From Vicugna vicugna (Eukaryota), in the NCBI GenBank assembly GCA_013265495.1, contig MU057809.1, positions 1,665,062 to 1,729,061 of the forward strand: 64,000 nt of DNA, written 5' to 3'. How positions within the stretch are numbered: position 1 is the first letter of the stretch; every line of letters starts with the position of its first letter. This document shows positions 49,461-59,203 of this stretch, piece after piece. The notes below the pieces were generated by a model. That model saw only the letters and a list, made by a program, of their open reading frames with translations, ran no database searches and was not told the origin of the DNA. The translations under genes were made by a program, and so were the position numbers.

Positions 49461-50095
49461 GTGTAGCACTAGTGACCTACCTCCATTGCATTCTCCCCCT
49501 CCTTCCTTACTGCGCAGAACACTGATTTTGTTTAGTGTGGCAAGCTACTAAATTTAAAAATCCTGAATGAATAAAAACAAACAAAACCAACTTCTCCTTT
49601 TAGGTGTGATAATCTAAAGTATGAGACATTCGGAAAAATAAGTAAAATGTCCTATGAAATGAGGCAGGCAAACAATGGAGCAGGCAGCACCCTTGCCTCC
49701 CAGCCTCCTTTGCAGCTAGGCGTGGTCATGGGACACATCTGGCCAATGAGATGTGACAGAAAGTCTGTCCGAGATGCCCAGAGAAATTCTGCCCTCTTGA
49801 TACAAACTTTACTTCCATCTCGTTACTTCTTTCCCCTTTTTCCTGCACAAAACATGGACAGGGGGCTGTGTAAGAATGGCCTCTCATGATTATGAAGATG
49901 AAAGTCACCCACTAAGAATGACAGAGCAAAAAGAAGGAGTTTAGGATGTCAAGGATATCGTGGAACAAGTTGCCAGCCCTGGGCAGCCTCCTCCCAATAT
50001 GCTGTTACAAGCTGGGGTGGAGAGAAAGGCACCCTCTTGGCGGAAGCCACTAAAGTTGGGTTTCTGCTACGTACAAGTGAACACAACCCCTCCCC
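49461..50095 (+). mobile_element. MLT1J-like LTR
   Basis: tcccagcctcctttgcagctaggcgtggtcatgggacacatctggccaatgagatgt. Confidence 0.65.
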
Positions 50096-50204
50096 GGCTA
50101 TTGCCAGACATCATGACCCACTTTACAGATGAGGAAACTGAGGCCTAGGGAGATGAAGCATTCACCTCAAGTCTAAGATTCAAACAGACTCCAAACTAGT
50201 GCTC

Positions 50205-50568
50205 TCATCTTAAAAAGGAAGGAGATTCTGACACAGACAACAATGTGGAGGAACCCTGGACGCATGCTCGGTAAGACAAGCCAGATCTGCAACACCAGCA
50301 CCGTGTGAGTCCACCGCTCACACAAGGTCCCTGGAGGAGACGGATCACAGAGACAGAGAGTAGGGGGTGGGGTCAGGGGCTGGGGGAGGGGGAGCCGAGT
50401 CCGTGTTTAACGGGCACAGAGTCTCAGTCTGAGAAGAGAAAGTTCTGGACACAGAGAAAGGTGGTAACTGCACAACATGAATGTGCTTCGTGCCCCCGAG
50501 CTGGATGCTCAGAAACGGGGGAAATGGTACAGTTTATACCATGTCTATTTTTACCACAATAGAAAAAA
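50205..50568 (+). mobile_element. L1MA/MB 3' end
   Basis: ttaaaaaggaaggagattctgacaca...agagacagagagtag...gtttaacgggcacagagtctcagt...tattttaccacaatagaaaaaa. Confidence 0.85.
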
Positions 50569-51985
50569 TTCAATGTGGAGAGTTTTACTTTAAAAACCCC
50601 ACAACAATAATTTAAAAAAACCCCAAAACCAATGCTCCCTCCAATACCTGCGTCCTGAAAGGTGTGAGCCATTTGCGCCGTTCGCTGAATGGACTGCGAG
50701 CGCGCGGGCCCGCCCCGCCCTCTCCCCTGGTTTCTCCCGCCTCTTGTCCACCGCGGGGGTGATGCTGGCTGAGTTAGCTGAAGCGGCTTCTGCCCTGGGG
50801 GCTGGCACCATTCTGCCTGCAGCAAGGACCAGGGAATGGCCTAGTCGTTGGCTCGTAAGCTGGATTTCTAGTGTGTCAGGAGGTAGACGGGGCTCAAGTC
50901 GGAACCTCAGAAGGGGAGACCAGGGGCAGCTCCAGACCGAGGGGACCCAGGATAACATTTCTCCAGGAAAGAGACATTTCCAGCATGCATACATTAACAT
51001 TCAAGACTCCCTGAGAATGTGCAGAGTGTCACCAAGGTCCAGATTTGGGGAGGCGCTCTCCTGTTCCCTGAGCGAAATGCCACTGCTCTGCTTCCCGAAC
51101 GGAGCTCGCTGCCCACGTCCCTCCTGCCCCAGGACCACTGAGGCCTAGCAGTCAAGTCAAAGGCTTTACACATCTCTCCTTCTCCGCTGCCATCCATCAT
51201 CTCTGTTGGTATTTCGGTGTGTGAGGGTTCAAGCCCCGAGGCACTGGCTTCCTTCCTGGCGGGGAGCACTTCTAAAAGGGTAAAAAAAGGCAGTTTCAGC
51301 CTCTGGCGTTTGAAGATAATCTCTGTTGCCTGAGGACGTTCGTCAGGACAGTGGATCTCCTGGACCAAAGCAGGTGCCCCAGCCACAGCCAGACCAACTC
51401 AAGAGAGCCTCTCGGGGTGGAGCCAGGCATCAGAGGTTTTAAGTCCCCAGGTGATTCCAACGTGGGCTGCGTACGACAACCAGCGCTTTGGAAGCCGGGC
51501 TGCTGGATGTGTGGTCCAGGGGCTGGCAGCACGAGCGTCACCCGGCCAGAAAAGCACCCGTCACAGTGGTCCTCCCGGGCCTCCAGGATCACCTGAGCCA
51601 GAACCCCTGTGCTAACAGGGTGCTCAGCTGATCCTGGCATGTGTTCAGTCTGGGGGCGTCAGATCAGGTCGCCATTGCGAGGAGCTGTGACTTTTGCTGA
51701 CAGTTCCAAGCCTCCCTGCCCTCGGCTCGCGCTGCCTCTGTCCAGCTTCCCCTCCTTTAGGGAGACGTGGGCCAGTGACGCTGGCCGTCCCAGGGGGCCC
51801 AGGTGATGACTCCGACTTCACCAGGACGTGACACAGAAGGGCTGAATGTACACAGGACTCTGCGACCCTTTTTGTCCCAGATACCACCGCTCGTGCCGCT
51901 AATGCCAAGATAGTAATGACTGGTAATAAGTTACATTTATTGAAAACCTACGCTATGGTAGGCACCTGGCATCCAGTGCCTCATT

Positions 51986-52147
51986 TTTTAAATAACTTAC
52001 TTTTATTTATTCTTAATTTTTATTTTTTAAAGTTTTGGGGGGTTAACTAGGTTTGTTTATTTGTTTATTAGTGGAGGTGCTGGGGATGGAACCCAGGGCC
52101 TCGTGCACACCAGGCACGTGCTCTCCCACTGAGCTGCGCCCTCCCCT
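51986..52147 (-). mobile_element. Vic-1-like tRNA-derived SINE inserted in a MIR
   Basis: ggaggtgctggggatggaacccagggcctc...cactgagctgcgccctcccc; imperfect TSD tccagtgcctcatt (51972-51985) / tccggtacctcact (52149-52162). Confidence 0.85.
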
Positions 52148-52939
52148 CTCCGGTACCTCACTGAATCCTCCTCGCAGACATTCAAGTCAATGTTAGTGTC
52201 TGTGGTTTGTAGATGGGGTCACAGAGGCACAGAGAAGGAGGTCACTCGTCCAGCAAGTTCGGGCAGCTGGCGAGCAGCGGGTGGCAAGTGGCTGGGCCCC
52301 TGGCCGCCCTCCCTGTACTCAGAAGCCTCATGGTAGGAGGTGAGAATGGAGGAGGGAGGGGACCACGGCAGGGCCGTGAGGGGAAGATGGAGCAGGAGGA
52401 GGGTGCGAGTGGAGCAGTGAGCCCGGGTGAAGCCCGAGGGGCGAGAGGACGGGACCTTGCAGACACGGGATCGCAGAGAGGGGTCTGATGCGTCCCCTGG
52501 AATGTCGAGGCGTGGCTGGGCCTCGAGGCAGGGCGCCCTTCCCTCTTCCTCTCCACCTCTCAGCTCTGCTTTCTTCTGTGACGACCTCTTCCGTGGGGGG
52601 ACGTGTCCTCCACCAGCGCCCACCTTCTGCGTTATCTGCTTGGTACCCTGCAGCAGCAGCGTCTCCGTGACTCCACTGACGCCCTCAGGATCGCCATCCG
52701 TGGGCCCGGCCCTGTCGCCTGCTTCTCCCGCAGGCAGGAGCGAGACACGGCCGAGGAGCTGGCGGGAAGCTCCAGGGCTGCTGCGGACCGCGGGGGACGG
52801 GTGCAGGGCCACCCCAGCCGGAGTCTCTCTGCGCTTGCCCTCCATAGCCGCCCTCTGGGCTCTCCGCCCCGAGACTGGCTTCTGTGGACACATCACCAGG
52901 CTCCCTTCTCTCTGGCTTTTCTTCTCTCTCTCTTTCTCT

Positions 52940-55765
52940 CTTTAAAAACAGCTCTATCAAGGTACAATTTGCATGCCATAAAGTTCTTTAGACGTGTACA
53001 ATTCTGTGACTCTTAGTGATTTTATCACCGCGGTCCTGTGCAGGACGTTTTCCCGTCATCCTCCACAATCCACTGCAGTAGCTCCAGGTAACGTCCAGAA
53101 CTTGCCTTCTCTGGACACTTTGTATAAATGGAATCATACACCACGTCGTCTTCTCAGTTTGGTTTCTCTCCCTCCGCCTGGCGTTTCTGAGGTTCCTCGA
53201 TGCTGCAGCGCGGGCCAGTGTTCCTCTTTACTCTGCATAGCACCCGTGGTATGGGGACACCACGCGCGGTTTATCTGTTCCCCCTCGACGGACCTCTGCG
53301 TGGTTGGCGGACTTGGGCTTGCGGGGGGCCACTCATAACCTGAGGACTGCCGAGCACAGAGGTTGGGCCTAAACTCCCACAGTGCAGGGCGTCAGGCTCT
53401 GAGGTTGATTCTAACAAAGACAATCTCTGTCCCGCCACCCCTTTGAAGAATGCACCAGGTGCATTAGAGCCTGAGGAGCATCCTGAGCTATTAAGTCACT
53501 AAGGACCTTTGGAAGGAGAGATACAATCGGCACACAAGTTAGTGATCTTAGCTTGAAGAACAATCACCTGAGTTAATAGTACACGAGTCACGATGTTAGC
53601 TTAGAGAAACAACAACCTTAGTTAGTGATCTTGGTATGTGGGAACATATACCCTAGTTTATGAGTATTATAAACAACATTGATCTATAGAACTATGCACA
53701 AGTTAGTGAGTTTAGTACACACTGTGTTTAAACCATAAAACAATACCTGTGCCTACGTGCAAGAATGCACAAGGTAGTCACTTGAATTTGTATAAATTAA
53801 CTGCCTGAAATAAACTCGAGGTCCACTCTTGACTTAGCGTCTTGCGGGCTAGAGTGAGACCCTCTCAACCCCACCTTCTAGTCTTGTCTTTCTTTTCTCA
53901 GTCCTGCAGCACAGGTTTCTGGACCTGATCGATTGTCGGCTGGCTCCGACATGGGCTGTTATTAACGTGGCTGTTGTGAGCGCTCGTGCACAAGTCTTTG
54001 TGTGAACCTGTGTTCTCAGCTCTCTTGGGCAGATTCTCAGGACTGGAGTTCCTGGATCATATGGTAAGTTTATGTTTAACTTTTTAAGAAACTGTCGAAC
54101 TGTTTCCCAAAGCTGCTGTATCTGTAGATTTTCACCAGCAATTTCCGGACATGCTCGCCTACACGCGGTACTGTCTGGTTTTTTAAAAATCACAGCCACT
54201 TACTAGGTGTGTCGCGGGATCTCATGACGGTTTTAATTTGCGTTCCCCTGATAACTAACACTGCCGAGTGCCTCTTCGGGTGCCTGTTGGCCCTTTGTGT
54301 GCCATCCTCAGTGAAGTGTCCATCAAGCCTTGTGCTTGGTTTTTAGCTCGGTCACCTTGCCCCCTTACCGTCGAGTTCCAAGAGCTCCTTGTGTTTGCTA
54401 CATACAAGGCCTTCATCAGACGTGTGATTGGCAAATGTCTTCTCCAGACTGTGGCTTGTCCTTTCGTTTTCTTTATGGTGTCCTTTGACGTGCAGAAGTT
54501 CTTAGTTTTAATGATGTCCAGTGTACCCATTGGCTCATGGTTTTGGCGTCATGTCTAAGAAATCTCTTGCCCAACCCGAAGTCTGGAAGACTGTCCTCTG
54601 GTTCCTCCTGGAAGCTTTATAATTGCAGTTCTTACACCTACGTGATAATCCACTTTGAGTTCATCTGGCCCGAGGGAAGGGCCTCAGCTAGTGTTTTAAT
54701 ATATGAATATCCGATTATTGTAACATCAGTTTTGTAAAGACTCTCCTTTCCCCAACGGAGCTGCCTCGGCACCTTTGTCAAAAACCAGCTGGCCGCAGGC
54801 GTGAGAGTTTGCTGCCGGGATCTCACCTCTGCTCCGTCGGCCAGTGCTCGGATCCCTATTCCGGTACCGCACAGCCTTGCTGACTGCCGCTTTACAGTAA
54901 GGTTTGAAACTGGGCAGTGTAGGTGCTCCAACTTCGTTTTTCCATTTTCAAAATTGTTTTGGCGACGCTAGGCCTTCTGCAATTCCACACGCATTTGTCA
55001 GTTTCTTCAAAAAAAATCCTGCTGGGATTTTTGTTGAATCTGTATTTACTTGTTCTGAACCCTGGTGCTGCATTCAATCGGTAGGTCACTTTGAGGAGGC
55101 TCACATCTTAACAATACTTCCTCTTCCAATCCATGAGCACGGACTTTGTTTCCGTGAATTTACACCGTCTTTAATTTTCCTCGGGAGTGTTGCACAGTTT
55201 TCAGTGTACGGATCTGACACATTTTTGTGAAATTCATTGCAAAGTGTCTTACTCTTTTTGATGCTATTGCAAATGAACTTGAAAAAAATGTAATACTCAA
55301 ATTGCTCGTTTCTAATATAGAAAAATACAATTTATTTTTGTGTATTGATCTTTCATCCTGGAAACTTGCTCAATCCACCAATTCTAGGAGGACTTCTGTG
55401 TGTATCTGTGCTCACTGGGGCTTTCTGCACCCAGGGTGACCCCATCTGTGACTGAAAACCTTCACCTCCTTCATTCCGGTCTTGTGCCTCTAATTGTAGG
55501 GGGCTTTGTCTCACTGGTTAGACTCTTGGGCACAGAGCTGAACAGAGGTGGTGAGGGTGGACATTCTGCTCCCCCCCCCAGCCCCCGGGGAGGCACTCAC
55601 CCTTTCGCCATCATGTGTGACGTTAGCATGGACCTTTTGTAGACGTCCCCCGTCAGGCTGGGAAAACCCACTTCTGCCCCTAGTTTGTTGATGGTTTTTT
55701 TCTTCGTGAACGGGTGTTGCATTTTGTCAGCTGCTTTTCCTGTGTCTTTGAGATGATGCGCTGTC
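52940..55765 (-). mobile_element. L1M (MB-like) LINE 3' portion, interrupted by an LTR
   Basis: Minus-strand ORF2 remnants (54255..54530 LDIIKTKNFCTSKDTIKK; 53849..54199 QFLKKLNINLPYDP); 3' end acagctctatcaaggtacaatttgcatgccata. Confidence 0.85.
53320..53951 (+). mobile_element. Class II (betaretrovirus-like) solo LTR
   Basis: TG...CA termini, perfect 6-bp TSD TGGGCT (53314-53319 / 53952-53957), TATAAA 53791-53796, AATAAA 53809-53814. Confidence 0.9.
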
Positions 55766-55924
55766 TGAGGGAACCGCCCGTCTCCTGCCAAGGCCCTGAC
55801 TGGTGAGAAACGCTCACTGCAGAATGGAAGGGGTGGGCTTCTGATTCCCTGCTCGGTGAGCAGTTAAGCCGAATTGGTGCCTCTTCGCCCAGCTTTCTGA
55901 CTTCCAGATTTGGCGTTAACCTCA

Positions 55925-56360
55925 GGCCACAAACTATCTGACACCCCTGCCTTCAAAGACGAAGACAACCCCTTGGAGTTGGGCTTGGCTCGGCGACTCA
56001 CCTCTGAGGAACAGAACATGGCAGAAATGGAGGCATGTGGCTTCTGAGACGAGGTCATAAAAGGCACTGTGCCTTCTGCTTGGCTCTCTCTCCTGGACAC
56101 TCAGTCTGGAGGAAGCCAGCGGGCACGCTCTGAGGTCACTCCTGCAGCCCTACGGAGGGAGCCCTCTGCGTGTGGGCGTTTTTGGAAGGGAGGCCCCAGC
56201 CAACATCTGACTGCAAACTCATGGGACACCTGGAGCCAAAACCATCGCACTCAGCCACCCCCAAACTCCTGAGCCCTGGAAACTGCAAGATAATAAATGA
56301 TTACTGTTGTAAGCCATGATGCATTGGAGTGATTTGCTCTGCAGCGACTGAAAACACAAG
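55925..56360 (+). mobile_element. MLT1 (E/F-like) LTR
   Basis: gaggtcataaaaggcactgtgccttctgc...ggaaactgcaagataataaatgattactgttgtaagcca. Confidence 0.8.
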
Positions 56361-57399
56361 AGATGTTGCCACTTTTTCTCAGGATATGTTAAAAACAATG
56401 ACAGTGGGTCTGAGGGACAAGGGTTTCTAGCCCCAGGGGCTCCTTAGGTCCCACGAGGATTGGGAATTGCTCTGAGAAGACGGCTTGGCGAGCAATCCAT
56501 GGAAACGCTTTGTAGGTGATAAATACCTCGCAGGTGATTGTTTCTGACGGTGTCATTGTGGGGTCTAGACGTACACTCGGTGCCGTCTGGTCTGGCGTCC
56601 TTCTTCCTGCTCCAACATGTCAGGTCTTTGGTAATTTGTGTTCTTCTAAGAAAGGAACCCAGGGGCGTGACCTCCCAGGGCTGACATGCTGACCAGGCAC
56701 CTGATGCTGACACAGGAGGCTGTCCCCCACCACAGCCCTGCCCTCCCGCGGGGGCTTCCGTCAGTTGCTCCCCCTTGAACGCCAGCCAGGAGGGACCGGC
56801 ACACGCGGAATTTTGATCACCTGAGGGAGGGTGATCCGCTTTCTAATTGGACTCCTCTGCCGGGCACTTCTGCTGAGGGTTTCATCCAGGAGGAAAGATC
56901 TGAAACGACTGTGTCAAAGGTTATGGAAGCATTTACACAGCAAGTGAGGTGTTGCTTAATAATCAGCAACAAAAATAACAACTGAAAAAAAAAGAAGGAG
57001 GAGGAGGCAGCATCTGCCTCGGGCTCCCACCCTGCAACGTCCCATGTGTAAAATGCGGAAAGTAAGTCTCTGTTTTCTGGAAAGAGGACGAGTTCCTGCT
57101 GATGCGCAGGAAGGCATCGCCCGCCTTCCTCTGCACACAGGTTGAGCGCTCTCTTACCCTCTCTCTGCCGGTGGCAGAAGCGCTGGTCTGCTGTTCTAAA
57201 GAGCAGGAAGCTCTTCTCAAGGAGCCTGGTGTGTTCATCAACATTTTGAATGCTGGTGACAGAAATCTACCCAAACCCGAGCAGCTTGAGCCAAACAGGT
57301 GCCGTTCTTGTCTATCTAATCAAATGATAAAGGCAGACTAGAATTTAGCTGGGGGAAAAGGGGGGGATTCAAATGCTACCTGCTATCTTATTTCCTCTT

Positions 57400-58095
57400 T
57401 TCTTGAAATTAATTGCCTTCCTTCCCTACGAGGCTAAATGGATGCCCACGGCCAAATGGATATCCCCAGGCCTGAGCTCCTGCCTCGAGTATCCAGCCCT
57501 CCTTTGGACATCCGGCAGGGCTCTCAGGCTAAGTCGGTTAAGGAAGCTCATGGTCGTCCTCCTGGAACTTGCTCCTCCTCCAGCCCTGTCAGGGCAGATG
57601 GTTCCCCACCACCTCCTCGGCTGGTGCACAAGCCAGTAACCGCAGCATCGTCCCCCTCTGAGGGCTCCCTCTCATCCTCTCAGTCAGTCAGCAAATGCCA
57701 ATCCAGCCCCGCCGTCTCTTTCTACCACCCCCACCCTGAGCCAAGCCACCATCCCTCCAGTGAAGGTTATGGAAATTGCCTTCTGGAACCTCCTGCCATC
57801 AGTGCCTGACTCCCGCTGACTTATTCGCCACTTGATCACCACGGAGATCCTTAAGAGAATAGATTGGCTCCCATCAGCACTCTGATACATGCCCTTCTCT
57901 TACGATGAGGATAAAGCCCCGAATCCTGACCAGGGCGTGTTCCTACCCCAGCCTGTCTCCCCTTCCTCATCTGGAGCCACTTCCCTCCTTGCCCTGCAGC
58001 CCCTCTGCTCCTTCCCACCCCAGGGCCTTTGCACACGTTGTTTCCTCTGCCCATAGCGTTCTTTCCTCTTGCTTTACCTGTGTGGTTCCCATTCA
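57400..58095 (+). mobile_element. L2 LINE fragment
   Basis: ccaccctgagccaagccaccatc...gaggataaagccccgaatcct...cagggcctttgcacacgttgtttcctctgcc. Confidence 0.7.
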
Positions 58096-58124
58096 CACTT
58101 CAGAGTTGGCGTGTGGGTTTTAGC

Positions 58125-58580
58125 ATGAGTCTGTCCCTCCCTCCAAAGTGGAGCCTATTTTCCTCCCTTTGAGCGTGGACTGGTTTTAGCGACTCACTTC
58201 TGATGAGCAGAATATGGCAGATGCTGAGACTCAGTTGTAAAAGGCACCGTGCCTCCCTCCTCGTTTCCTCTCCCGATGGCTGCTCCGGGGGGAGCCAGCC
58301 GCCGTGCTGTGAGGACACTGGAGCGGCCCCCTCCCCGAGGTCTCCGTGGGGAGGCACCGAGGCCTCTGGCAACAGCCAGTGAGTGAGTCTGGAGGTGGAG
58401 CCTTCAGATGGTGCAGCCCCAGCCAGCGCCGTGTCCGCAGCCTCACGACAGACTCAGCCAGACGCAGCCCGCTGGCCTGCGAGGGCCCCCGGCCCGCGGA
58501 GACGGAGAGCGTGGCGCTCGCTGTTTGGCGGCGCACGGTCTCGTGGTGGCTGGTTGCTCAGCAATCGACAGCTGACGCGG
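58125..58580 (+). mobile_element. MLT1 (E/F-like) LTR; 3' end GC-converted
   Basis: ccctttgagcgtggactggttttagcgactcacttctgatgagcagaatatggcaga...gagccttcagatggtgcagcccc. Confidence 0.8.
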
Positions 58581-58807
58581 TCAATCCCAACGTTGTTCTC
58601 TTTCACAGCCGTTGTGACAACTGTACCTAAATAATTAACTGTGAATTGCACTCTTGGAAATGTCATCGCGGCCTCGGCTCTGGCCTCAGGGACCTGACGT
58701 GGATGACGGCTTATAGGACCGAACTTCACGGCACCCAGCTGGTTGGTGGTTCAAGTTTGAGGGGACGCAGCATTACGCCAAGCAAAACAGACACCTGAAA
58801 CCCATCA

Positions 58808-58997
58808 ATTTTATTTTTTAATTGCAGTATATCCAGCTTCAGTGTGTCGATCTGGTGTACGGCAGAGTGTCCCAGTCATGCATATACGTACATATATTTA
58901 TTTTCATATTCTTTTTCATCAAAGGTTATTACAAGACATTGAATATAGTTCCCTGTGCTACACAGAATTTGTTTATCTATTTTTATATATAATGGTT
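58808..58997 (-). mobile_element. Short camelid-type L1 3' insertion
   Basis: TSD aaacccatca at 58798-58807 and 58998-59007; body homologous to 7661-7870. Confidence 0.85.
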
Positions 58998-59095
58998 AAA
59001 CCCATCATTTTTAATATCCCGTTTTTATACGACAAAATTATTTTCTGTAATGATCACAGAACAACACTTTCTTATATTATCCTTTCATTTTAAAA

Positions 59096-59203
59096 ATTAT
59101 TTTTAATACATTTTTTATTGATGTGTTGTCAGTTTACAATGTGGTAATTTCTGGTGTACAGCATAGTATTCAGATATATATATATATATAAATATATAAA
59201 ACT
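59096..59203 (-). mobile_element. Very short L1 3' tip with (TA)n
   Basis: Perfect 16-bp TSD tcctttcattttaaaa at 59080-59095 and 59204-59219; cagtttacaatgtggtaatttctggtgtacagcatagt. Confidence 0.85.
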
